A DNA stretch of 64,000 bases from Acidobacteriota bacterium. GTDB lineage: Bacteria > Acidobacteriota > Polarisedimenticolia > SMYD01. Of the stretch, positions 1 through 8,670 are shown in pieces. The position numbers and the translations under genes were made by a program. Where the stretch lies: contig JBHHZI010000001.1 of the NCBI GenBank assembly GCA_046757965.1, forward strand, positions 25,112 through 89,111. The letters run 5' to 3'. Position 1 is the stretch's first letter; every line of letters starts with the position of its first letter. Below the pieces are notes generated by a model, which ran no database searches, was not told the DNA's origin, and was given only the letters and a program-made list of their open reading frames with translations.

Positions 1-1173
1 GACCACTACACCGTGGTGGTTCTGGGCTGCCTCACGTGACCGCCTTTTCTGGGTAACGTCCCCGGTCTGGAGACGGTCGAGAGAGATTACGCCCCGAAGG
101 GTGTGCAGTTCTTCTACATCTACAAGGCCCTGGCCCATCCCGAGTACAACGACTACGTGACGCCGTTCACGCTCGATGAACGCCTGATGCATGTGCACGA
201 GGCGAAGCGAACACTCGGCTCGAAGATCCCGTGGCTCTGCGACGGCATGTCCAACGACGTGAAGCATTCACTCGGCAATGCCCCCAATGCCGAGTTCGTC
301 GTGGGACCGGATGGCCGGATCGCGCGCCGGCGACTGTGGAGCAACCCCTCGGAACTGCGCAAGGATCTCGAGGCCCTGGTCGGTAAGGTCGAACATCCCA
401 CGCGCGTGGAAGACCTCGATATGCCCGCTCCTCCCCCCCGGGAGGGTGTGGCCACCGGCATCGTACCCGGCGTCGAGGTGCCCGGCCGGATGCGCGCCCT
501 GAAGATCGAGCCGGTCATCAAGGACGACGGCGACCCGTTCTATGTGAAGCTGCGCGCCGAGGCGGATGAATCGTTCCTCGAGAAGGGCACCGGCAAGCTG
601 TTCCTGGGCTTCCGTCTCGATCCCCTCTACCACGTCCACTGGAACAACCGGGCCGACCCGCTCGAGTTCACGGTCAAGGCGGCCAGCAAGGTGACCGTCT
701 CACCCAGCCAGGGTCGGGCGCCCGTGGTGGAGGCGGCAGCCGACGCGGACCCACGGGAGTTCCTGATCGACGTCAGCGCCGACGAGCGGGACCGGCCCCT
801 CGATCTGAGCGTCCGGTATTTCGCCTGTGACGACGCCAATACCTTCTGTGTCCCGGTCACCCAGAACTACCGGATCGATCTCGAGACGGATCCCGACGGT
901 GGAGCCGTGATGTCCCGGCTGGGCGGTGGGGGAGCTCGCAGCCGCGAGGAACTGATCGCCCGCATCAAGGAGTGGGATGCCGACGGTGACGGGAAGATCG
1001 TCGCGACGGAGGTCCCGGGACCGATGCGAGGGCGGTTCGATTCCATGGACGCCAACAGCGATGGTGCTCTCGACGGCGACGAGATCGGAGCGATGGCGGA
1101 TCGGATGCTCAAGATGATGGGAGGTCGCCGAGGGCGACCCCGGCCGACCGCCGCCGCCTCGGGCACCCCGTGA
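1..1173 (+). CDS. Thioredoxin-fold (redoxin/AhpC-TSA/TlpA-like) protein with C-terminal EF-hand pair, 5'-partial. The frame is open from nt 1 through an in-frame TGA at 37-39, giving a candidate selenocysteine in a C-L-T-U motif.
   Basis: Frame 1 reads DHYTVVVLGCLT-TGA-PPFLGNVPGLETVERDYAPKGVQFFYIY. The residues after the TGA match the post-CxxC region of TlpA/ResA/Prx (GVxhhhh strand, then IPWLCD ... AEFVVGPDGRIARR = PttfliDpdGkI motif). The ORF track only begins at GTG 103, which would leave a redoxin fold without an active site. Codons 1-36 have high GC3 in the same frame. C-terminal DADGDGKI and DANSDGALDGDE are EF-hand loops. Confidence 0.5.
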
Positions 1174-1471
1174 TCCCCGCGGGACGCCCAGCGTGGAACG
1201 CCCGTTCTTCGACCACTATCTCCGTGGCGGTGACGACCCGGGCTTGCCCGAGGCCCTGGTCTTCGAGACCGGGGCAGATGACTTCATCACGGTGACCAAC
1301 CGCGTGCATCGGTCCCGGCGTCACCCCGGTCATCTCGAGGTGGGAGTGCTGCCCGGTCCCTGATCTATTCCGGCCACCACGCGCCGGCTGCAGGCGACGG
1401 CATCTTCTGGTCGAACCGGGTGCCACGCGGCCCCGGACGACGCGCCGCCGGATGCCATCACCCGGCCGGTA

Positions 1472-1957
1472 TCATCTCGCCACCGCCAGACACTCGATCT
1501 CCACCCGCGCGCCCAGGACCAGGCCATCGATCGCCACGGCCGCCCGGGCGGGCGGATTGGTGGGAAAGAAGGTCACATACACGTCGTTCATCGCCGACCA
1601 CTCGTCGATGTCGGCCAGGAACACGGTGCACCGGACGATGCGGGCCATGGAGGACCCGTGTCGCGTCACGACGTCGCGGATGTTCGCCAGCGCCTGACGC
1701 GTCTCCCCCTGGATACCACCCGCTGCCAACTCGCGCGTCCCCGGCAGCGTGCCGATCTTGCCGGACAGATACAGCATCCGTCCGACGCGCACCGCCTCCG
1801 AGAGTCGCGGCGAGGGACCGGAAGGACCGGGCAGGTACTCGATCTCCTCCGGCGTGCCGGCCGCCCGGATCCCGCCGGCCATCGCACCCACGAGCAGCAA
1901 GGTGCCCGCCGTGCTCTTCCCGATCTTTACCCACCGTGGTCGTGCTCTTCCCGTCAT
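1472..1957 (-). CDS. RidA/YjgF/UK114 family reactive-intermediate deaminase; may carry an N-terminal signal peptide
   Basis: ORF product contains the hallmark RidA core LYLSGKIG ... CTVFLADIDEW ... AAR, and the length is typical; TGA stop. Confidence 0.85.
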   Translation of the reverse strand: MTGRARPRWVKIGKSTAGTLLLVGAMAGGIRAAGTPEEIEYLPGPSGPSPRLSEAVRVGRMLYLSGKIGTLPGTRELAAGGIQGETRQALANIRDVVTRHGSSMARIVRCTVFLADIDEWSAMNDVYVTFFPTNPPARAAVAIDGLVLGARVEIECLAVAR

Positions 1958-2161
1958 CGTGTGCCTCCCGTCTCATCGAGTCCAGCAGATGGTGTGGCTC
2001 ATCTCGGTGCAGCTTCCAGCCGCCTCGCACAAGACGGTAGGAGATCTCGGGTCGCGTTGACACAGGGAGCTGGTCAAGGCCACTTCCCCATGCCTGTTCG
2101 ACGGCCGGCCATGCCGGTCGCCGGACGCCCGCGCCCCGCACGACCCGACCTCACATGCGAA

Positions 2162-2188
2162 GAGGCCGGCGCTGTCGGCGCCGGCCTC
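2162..2188 (-). terminator. GC-rich perfect inverted repeat (11-bp stem, 5-nt loop); possible terminator downstream of the small sigma-54-dependent ORF
   Basis: The sequence is gaggccggcgc-tgtcg-gcgccggcctc, a perfect palindromic stem. On the minus strand it is followed by cTCTTCg. It sits between convergent/divergent minus-strand genes. There is no strong U-tract. Confidence 0.3.
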
Positions 2189-2281
2189 TCCGTCCCCGAT
2201 CCGGACCACCCTGGTGACCGCGTTCGTTGCCGGTCCGGATCTGTTTCTCAGGGAACGACGTGGATGTTGCCCTTCTCGGTC

Positions 2282-2425
2282 TTATCGGCAGCCGGTGCAG
2301 ATGAGCGTGTGTCCGCGACTTCCGCTGTCGGTGCTTCGCAGACCTTCGATCCGATTGGAACTCCAGAGAGAGGTGGATGCAACGAACATGGCCAACGCGA
2401 TCAGACTTGCTCTCAGAAAACTCAT
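2282..2425 (-). CDS. Small hypothetical peptide (47 aa, MSFLRASLIALAMFVASTSLWSSNRIEGLRSTDSGSRGHTLICTGCR) with a hydrophobic N-terminus and a C-terminal CxxC
   Basis: Strong SD aaaaGGAGtcgagATG. A candidate sigma-54 promoter lies 45-55 nt upstream. TAA stop. Codon usage and GC are lower than in neighbouring genes (agt, ttt, aga codons). The peptide is too short for homology inference. Confidence 0.4.
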   Translation of the reverse strand: MSFLRASLIALAMFVASTSLWSSNRIEGLRSTDSGSRGHTLICTGCR

Positions 2426-2479
2426 CTCGACTCCTTTTCTGCGCCCCCGAGGCGCTCTCGACATTCACCCCGGGACTAC

Positions 2480-2495
2480 GCAAGGGGAATGCCAG
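2480..2495 (-). promoter_or_regulatory. Candidate sigma-54 (RpoN) -24/-12 promoter
   Basis: The minus strand reads TGGCATTCCCCTTGCG, with GG and GC in exact -24/-12 spacing (TGGCAC-N5-TTGC consensus). It lies about 50 nt upstream of the small ORF at 2282-2425 and directly downstream of the sigma-54 activator gene. Confidence 0.5.
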
Positions 2496-2743
2496 CGTGG
2501 AGGGATCGCCGTCCTGCCGGGCGGTGGCCGGCCGGAAGACGCGCGGATCCGGTCGCTATCGCCCAGGAACGGCTGTTGACGATGTTCGAGGGTCATCCGA
2601 CCCGAGAGCGCAGACCGAGGGGGTCGGCATCGGCGCGGGAAGCGATCCGGATATCTGCAGGTACCGATCGGACACGCGGGCAACCGAAAGAGCGACCCCG
2701 GAGGAGACGTGGAGCGCGACGGGCACCCGGGAGGGCGCCATGC

Positions 2744-4588
2744 TCACCGGGCGGTGCCTGACCTGCCGCCGCGCCGGGCGCTTCCCCGCGATCCCCGCAG
2801 GTTCTCGGCCCAGCGGAGTGTGTTCCCAAGGTGCCGGCGGTCATCCGCCAGCAGGTCGGCGATCGATTCGCGGGAGATCGACAGCAGGCGCTTCACGAGG
2901 CTGGCGGCGTCCGACGTGCGCATCGATCGGGTACCGAGAAGCATCCGGACGGCCGTCGTCGGTTTCGGCTCGCCCGACGCGATGGCACTCGCGGCGAGAG
3001 CGGCGTCGAGCTGGCAGGCGATGAAGCGCGCATAGGCCGCCTGCACCTCGCCGAGCCGCCCGAGCCAGCGGTCCTTGTCGGCGATCTCGAATCTCACGGC
3101 ACCCAGGGCGGCGAGGGCATCGTCGAGGGTCGCGCCGGGCTCCGTCACTTCCTCCGGACGCTCCTGCCCCATGCCGTCGACACTCCCCTCGCCGACGGCG
3201 GACACCTCGACCGGCCGGTCGCCTGCGGGCAGGTTGCCCGCTCTCTCCGCGGGACGCCCCCGCGTCGCGCTCGTCGCGGTCGGCGGCAGGACCGACGGGA
3301 GGTGTTCCGGCGACAGGTAGCGAATACCGCGATAGCTGGACACTGCCTGGAGAACGGCGTGTTCGAGTTCCCGCACGTTGCCGGGCCAGGGGCTGGACAT
3401 CATCAATTCCATCGCCTCCGGGGAGATCTCACGCCGTTCAGCCGCGAGTCGTCTCTCGTGCCGGCGGACCAGATACTCCACGAGCAACGGGATGTCCTCC
3501 CGGCGGTCGCGGAGCGGGGGCAGCACCACAGGATTGGCGGCATTCGCGCGCTGCAGGAGGTCGCTGCGGAACCCACGCTCGAGCATCTCGAATCGATTCG
3601 TCGCCATCACCACCTGCAGGTCGAGCTTGCGCACGCTTCCATCGCCGATGCGCTGCGCTTCGCGGGTCCCGGTGTCCAGGAGTCGCATCAGCCGGTCCTG
3701 CACGCCGGCGGGAATATCACCGAATTCGTCGAAGAACAGGGTGCCCCCGTCGGCCATCTCCGCGGCGCCCGGGCGATCCCGGGCAGCTCCGGTGAAGGCC
3801 CCCCGCACATATCCGAACAGGTCCGCCGAGAACATGTCCTCGTTGGCATGGACAAACAGCTTGCAGAATTTGCCGGAACGCCTGGATGACCTGTGGATAT
3901 AGGTCGCGAGCAGTTCCTTCCCCGTGCCGGTCTCCCCGAGCACCAGGATGTTCGCGTTGCCGATGCGGGCGGCACGTCGGGCGGATCTCAAGGCGGCCAG
4001 CAGGGGCACGGAATGTCCGACGATGCCCTCGCCGACGAGATAGGCGTTCTCGAGGAGGAGGTCCCGCAACCGTTTCCGGTCGAGTTGCTGCTTGTCGACG
4101 AATGCGAACACACCATGGCGCGCGAAGCGACTCTCGATGTGCTCGCGCTCCATGGCCGACAGGATCACGACCGGAATCTCGGCCAGATCCGGCTCCTTGC
4201 GGATGCGGTCGAGGATCGTCAGTCCGAAGTAGTGTGCGGGGTCCCGGTCCGTCGACTCTCCCTGGGCATCCCCTGTGAGAGGATCGACCGGACCGGTCTG
4301 GAAGTGCATGTCCAGAAGCACCATGGCCCAGCGCGGCCACTTCTGCCAGCCGGCGCGAAGAAGCTCGATGACCCCGTCGACATCGTTGTCGATGCGCCGA
4401 TCGGTCTGGACCTGACCGCTGTGGAGGATCGCTTCCGCCACGGGTTGACCGACCTCCGCCGTCGCCACGTCTCCCGTCACATCCCGGATCCCGAGCCGCG
4501 CGCAGAACATCTCCCGATCCCGATTGCGGGCCCACGATCCGCGCCCGTAGACATCGTCGATGATCAGCAGTCTCGGCAGGTCGCTCAT
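2744..4588 (-). CDS. Sigma-54-dependent transcriptional activator (bacterial enhancer-binding protein, bEBP) with an N-terminal receiver domain
   Basis: Shows LLIIDD and a VLLDMHF receiver aspartate, Walker A GETGTGKE, the GAFTGA sigma-54 contact motif, and WPGNVRELE. The long C-terminal region has no obvious Fis-type HTH. TGA stop. Confidence 0.9.
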   Translation of the reverse strand: MSDLPRLLIIDDVYGRGSWARNRDREMFCARLGIRDVTGDVATAEVGQPVAEAILHSGQVQTDRRIDNDVDGVIELLRAGWQKWPRWAMVLLDMHFQTGPVDPLTGDAQGESTDRDPAHYFGLTILDRIRKEPDLAEIPVVILSAMEREHIESRFARHGVFAFVDKQQLDRKRLRDLLLENAYLVGEGIVGHSVPLLAALRSARRAARIGNANILVLGETGTGKELLATYIHRSSRRSGKFCKLFVHANEDMFSADLFGYVRGAFTGAARDRPGAAEMADGGTLFFDEFGDIPAGVQDRLMRLLDTGTREAQRIGDGSVRKLDLQVVMATNRFEMLERGFRSDLLQRANAANPVVLPPLRDRREDIPLLVEYLVRRHERRLAAERREISPEAMELMMSSPWPGNVRELEHAVLQAVSSYRGIRYLSPEHLPSVLPPTATSATRGRPAERAGNLPAGDRPVEVSAVGEGSVDGMGQERPEEVTEPGATLDDALAALGAVRFEIADKDRWLGRLGEVQAAYARFIACQLDAALAASAIASGEPKPTTAVRMLLGTRSMRTSDAASLVKRLLSISRESIADLLADDRRHLGNTLRWAENLRGSRGSARRGGRSGTAR

Positions 4589-5175
4589 ACGATCAGGATC
4601 TCGTGGGGCATCCTCGAGAGGCTGTCTCCGAGGTGGTGGCAGCCTCGCCTCAGGTTCTCGAACCGGTGCGCAAGCTGCCTCAGGCGCGAGACGTCGTCTG
4701 CCGGTTCCGCCGCCAGGCGCTCCTTGATGCGCCAGTAGGCCTCATCGGCCTCGATCAATGCCTGCGCCGCCGCGTCCACGCGCTCCGAGATCGGGTAGCG
4801 AGCCGCCCACAGATCATGGAGCAGGGTTCCCAGCCAGTGCCGGGTGGTCCGGGCCAGAAGACAGAGCGGCGCCTGGGTCACGAAGCACCGGGGCGACATC
4901 TCCTGGACGAACGACCAGATGAGATCACCGGCCTGTCTCGACCGCGCCTCCCACGCAGGGAAGTCGTCTCGAACGAACTCCAGGAGCCGTTCCGGATCCG
5001 ATGACGGCACGGCCAGCAGCGCCAGAAAGCCGTCCAGCCGGTTGAGATACCGGTTCTTCAGCCAGTCATGGTTGAACCGGCTGCGCCGTTGCTGCCAGTC
5101 CTCCATCGGGCTCGGGTCCACGACGACCTCGTCTACCTGACGCCGGAGCCGGTGGCGACTCCGGACGCCTGGCAT
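4585..5175 (-). CDS. Hypothetical protein; its stop overlaps the start of the sigma-54 activator (ATGA)
   Basis: ORF with a 4-nt ATGA overlap onto the downstream bEBP gene. No recognizable motif. The true start may be the internal Met (about 5106). Confidence 0.5.
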   Translation of the reverse strand: MPGVRSRHRLRRQVDEVVVDPSPMEDWQQRRSRFNHDWLKNRYLNRLDGFLALLAVPSSDPERLLEFVRDDFPAWEARSRQAGDLIWSFVQEMSPRCFVTQAPLCLLARTTRHWLGTLLHDLWAARYPISERVDAAAQALIEADEAYWRIKERLAAEPADDVSRLRQLAHRFENLRRGCHHLGDSLSRMPHEILIV

Positions 5176-5307
5176 GCATCCTGCTCCTGTTACAGGTCAA
5201 CCGTCGAAGGCACCGCGATACCCGCTCGGGCGGGCCGTCGCGACCTTCCCGGGTGCAACCTCGCAACGCATGGTATCAAGATTGATACCGGAAGTGGAGA
5301 ATCTGTC

Positions 5308-6519
5308 ATGTTCGTGCAACGTGGTTTTCAACAGGATTCCCGGACACACCATGAGGAGATCTATCTCGACAATGCCGCGACGACCGCGCTGGACCCCCGG
5401 GTCCTGGAGGCGATGGCGCCCTATCTGGGCAGCAGGTGCGGCGATCCATCGGGCGCTCACGCCCCCGGACGGCGTGCCCGGCAGGTCGTCGAGCGGGGAC
5501 GGGTGACCGTCGCCAGGCATCTTCATTGCGCCACCGCGGAGGTCGTGTTCACCAGCGGCGGCACTGAATCGAACAACCTGGCACTGATCGGCAGCGCGCG
5601 CCTGCTCAAGCGCCGCGGCCGTCATCTGGTCGTGTCCTCCATCGAACATCCATCCGTGCTCCGGGCAGCCGCCTACCTCGAGACCCAGGGCTTCTCCGTG
5701 ACGTGCGCCGACGCCGACAGCCAGGGCCGCGTGGGTGTGGACGCGGTGCGACACGCCCTCCGCCCGGACACCGTGCTGGTCTCGGTGATGCTCGCCAGCC
5801 ACGTCACCGGCATCGTGCAACCGGTACCGGAGATCGCCCGCCTGGTCCACGCGCACGAGGCGCTCCTTCATACCGATGCCGTCCAGGCGCTGGGCAAGAC
5901 GACGGTCGACGTCCGGGCGCTCGGTGCGGATCTGGTCTCCCTCTCCGCCCACAAGATGCACGGTCCGCAGGGCATCGGCGGCCTGTATGTGCGAGCAGGT
6001 GCCGTCATCCAGCCGCGCCAGTTCGGTGACGGTCAGGAGCGCGGGCTGCGAGGCGGGACGGAGAACATCGCAGGCATCCTCGGCTTCGTGCGGGCGCTGG
6101 ATCTCTGCGGTCCCGGCCGGGATCGTGACCGCATGGGCCGACTGCGGGACATGCTCCAGGACGAGATCACGTCCCGGATCGATGCCGTCATCGTTCATGG
6201 CAGGGAGGTCGCACGGCTGTCATCGATCCTCGCGGTGACCATCCCGGACGTGAACGGTGAGGCGCTCCATCGCGGCCTGGCGGCGCGCGGTCTGGCGGTC
6301 TCATCCGGCGAACCAGGGGCGGCCGGCCGGCGGGCCATGGTGCGGGCCGTCGGCTCCCATCCCGAACCCATCGCCAGCACCATCCGTTTCTCCCTGTCAC
6401 GACGGACCACCCCCGAGGAGATCCATGCCGCGGCGGCCATCGTGGGCGACGTCGTCGCGCGCCTCCATCGTCCAGCAACCGCATCTCCGGCGCGCAACGT
6501 CGTGATCGGATCCGGCTGA
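5308..6519 (+). CDS. Cysteine desulfurase (IscS/NifS family, class V aminotransferase)
   Basis: N-terminal IYLDNAATT, TSGGTESNN, and SAHKMHGPQGIGGLY (PLP-lysine region). Start chosen at ATG 5308 with GGAG 6 nt upstream. The ORF track extends further 5', but that stretch is non-homologous. Confidence 0.9.
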   Translation: MFVQRGFQQDSRTHHEEIYLDNAATTALDPRVLEAMAPYLGSRCGDPSGAHAPGRRARQVVERGRVTVARHLHCATAEVVFTSGGTESNNLALIGSARLLKRRGRHLVVSSIEHPSVLRAAAYLETQGFSVTCADADSQGRVGVDAVRHALRPDTVLVSVMLASHVTGIVQPVPEIARLVHAHEALLHTDAVQALGKTTVDVRALGADLVSLSAHKMHGPQGIGGLYVRAGAVIQPRQFGDGQERGLRGGTENIAGILGFVRALDLCGPGRDRDRMGRLRDMLQDEITSRIDAVIVHGREVARLSSILAVTIPDVNGEALHRGLAARGLAVSSGEPGAAGRRAMVRAVGSHPEPIASTIRFSLSRRTTPEEIHAAAAIVGDVVARLHRPATASPARNVVIGSG

Positions 6520-6579
6520 GACACCGCGGGCGGTCACGCTGTCTCACGATTTCGTTGAAAACGGATCGGATCGAGGAGT

Positions 6580-8589
6580 ATGATGGGCGGTATCTCCTGC
6601 CTGTACTCCGGCGGGGCGGTCCGGACCGCCGCCGGCGTCCAGCAAAGGCCGGGCGTGACCGTGACCAGAGGTTTTCGCAAGAACATCGAGGATCTGCTCG
6701 AGGAATGGCGTCCGCCCGGCGGCATGGCCGCCTTGCTTCTCGAGCATCCAACCGCGGGAGTCTACTTCCCGCTGGCGGTCCAGCCAGCCGCCGAGAACAC
6801 CGACTATTACTCGATGCCGGTGCGATTTCGCGATGGCTGCGACACCAGCCTGCAGCTCGATGAGACTTCTTCGCCGGAACGGCTCGCGTTTCGCGGCCGG
6901 CTCGAGTTGACACGGCCCGATCTGCGATTGCCGGTGAGGCAGGAACTGGTGCCGCTTCACCAGGATGGGGACGGCGGGCTGAAGGTTCTCCTCCTGCGCT
7001 CGTCACCGGGGACGATGCCGGACATGGAGCCGCGAAACCTGAACACCCTGAAGAATCTGGTTCCCCTGACCTGTCTGAACTGGGTGGAACAGGCGCAGAG
7101 ATCGATCGAGATCCCGGAGTTCTCGAGCTTCGAGGAGCTCGCGCAGGACCTGGTCAAGCGGCTCAGCGACGTGGAGCAGGACCCCCCCTATTTCCCCATC
7201 CTGCATGCCGAGGTGACGCCGGACGCTGAGGCTCTCGGCGCCCGTTTCTCCAGCGCCAACCTGCTGAGCTGGAACTGTTACCTCCTCGACGATCAGCGGA
7301 GCATGCCGGCCTACATCCCGCAGATGCCCACCGTGATGGGGGAAAAGAAGATTCACGAGTGGTGGGAGGATGTCACACGGCGGGCCGACGCCTCGAGCAT
7401 GACCGAATCGATCCGGAAGGCCGCCGCCAAGACCATCGATCATGTCCGGCTGATCGGCCGATGCGACCATGATGGCGTGGCGTGGTGGGCGTTTGCCCGC
7501 CACAACAAGGATCGCCGGGAGATGACAGGGCTGCTGTGTGAATGGTCCGAGGGGGAATCGATCCTCTCGGCCGCCGAGGCCTGGAGGGACGTCGACCCGA
7601 TCACGCCCGGTGACCTCGTGCGCCGGGCGCTGGCCGTGCGATCGGATGAAGATGACGTCCTGGTGACGATGTGGCTGGTCAGCGACACGGGCCAGGGCAT
7701 CAATATCGGGTTCAAGGCGGGCAACCGCATCGAGGTTCTCGATCACGCCGAGATGGGCGGCGCGGATCAGGTGGAGATCACGGAGTTCGTTCCGTTCTGT
7801 GTGCGGCTGTCCCCGTTGCCGCTGGTCGACAGGCAGGTCATCGAGGACCGGGTCCGGCCGGTCCTTGCCAGCGCAGCGCGCGCGGCACGACGCATCGACG
7901 GGTCGGGCCTGATCGAGAGCGCCTTCGAGCCGGTTCGCAGGGAGCTGCACGAGGGCTCATGGCATGACGCCTACCCGGGCAGTGGCCTGTTCGTGGACCG
8001 ATTTCATGACGTGGCCGACTGGACCGACGAGGACGTGAAGCGATGCCATGAACGGATGGTCGTGCTTCTCGACGGATTGCTGACCGCCTGGACCGGCAAC
8101 GCGAACCCGCTGAGCCGCAACCGTTGCGAGACACGCTTCGACTGCTGGCACATTCGCGCCCTCAAGGCTCTGGCTCATGACCGTCTGCACTCCAGCCTGG
8201 TGATGGCGGTTCTCTCCGGACCGGTGTCGGACGCGTCGTACCTGCTGGCCGACCGGGAGATATGCCCCGGCGGCAACGTACGCTGGTCAGACCTCCTGGC
8301 GGCGCTGACGACGGTCACGACCGAGGGCAATCGCTTCCGGCTGAAGCAATGGCACCACGGCGCAAGATGCACGCTGATCCTGCGGTTCTCCGGCCAGCTC
8401 AACCCCCAGGGTGTCACCGCCGCACTGACCGGAGAGGGCGCGCAAGAACGACAGGGCAGCTTCACGCGTGCCTGTGAAACCCTGCGTCGCGCGGCGCGAC
8501 GGTTCGGCGTGGAGATCGATCACGACGGAGACGAAGACGAACGATGGAGCCTCGTCGTCGTTCTGGCCGAGAGCGAGCTTGCCTGCTAA
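6580..8589 (+). CDS. Large uncharacterized protein (669 aa) immediately downstream of the cysteine desulfurase
   Basis: Long ORF with high GC3. GAGGAG lies just upstream of ATGATG. No motif I can name. TAA stop. Confidence 0.6.
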   Translation: MMGGISCLYSGGAVRTAAGVQQRPGVTVTRGFRKNIEDLLEEWRPPGGMAALLLEHPTAGVYFPLAVQPAAENTDYYSMPVRFRDGCDTSLQLDETSSPERLAFRGRLELTRPDLRLPVRQELVPLHQDGDGGLKVLLLRSSPGTMPDMEPRNLNTLKNLVPLTCLNWVEQAQRSIEIPEFSSFEELAQDLVKRLSDVEQDPPYFPILHAEVTPDAEALGARFSSANLLSWNCYLLDDQRSMPAYIPQMPTVMGEKKIHEWWEDVTRRADASSMTESIRKAAAKTIDHVRLIGRCDHDGVAWWAFARHNKDRREMTGLLCEWSEGESILSAAEAWRDVDPITPGDLVRRALAVRSDEDDVLVTMWLVSDTGQGINIGFKAGNRIEVLDHAEMGGADQVEITEFVPFCVRLSPLPLVDRQVIEDRVRPVLASAARAARRIDGSGLIESAFEPVRRELHEGSWHDAYPGSGLFVDRFHDVADWTDEDVKRCHERMVVLLDGLLTAWTGNANPLSRNRCETRFDCWHIRALKALAHDRLHSSLVMAVLSGPVSDASYLLADREICPGGNVRWSDLLAALTTVTTEGNRFRLKQWHHGARCTLILRFSGQLNPQGVTAALTGEGAQERQGSFTRACETLRRAARRFGVEIDHDGDEDERWSLVVVLAESELAC

Positions 8590-8670
8590 GAGTCGAACGC
8601 ACGGGCCATGCCGCGGCTCCGGCCACGGCGGCGCGGTCGCCGGACCATGCGCTCGCGGGACCGCCACGGG

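Noticed and set aside
37-39. Treating TGA 37-39 as an ordinary stop with a new gene starting at GTG 103
   Set aside because: It would leave a redoxin fold with no active-site motif, with a poor RBS at 103. The upstream in-frame peptide has a beta-strand plus C-x-x motif exactly where the TGA sits. Kept only as the alternative hypothesis.
1658-2761. 367-aa plus-strand ORF and other overlapping ORFs between RidA and the sigma-54 activator
   Set aside because: Arg/Pro-rich with no codon periodicity. The region is better explained as intergenic sequence carrying the small sigma-54-dependent ORF and a hairpin.
7003-7950. 315-aa minus-strand ORF
   Set aside because: Antisense to the 669-aa hypothetical gene. 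Composition artefact.
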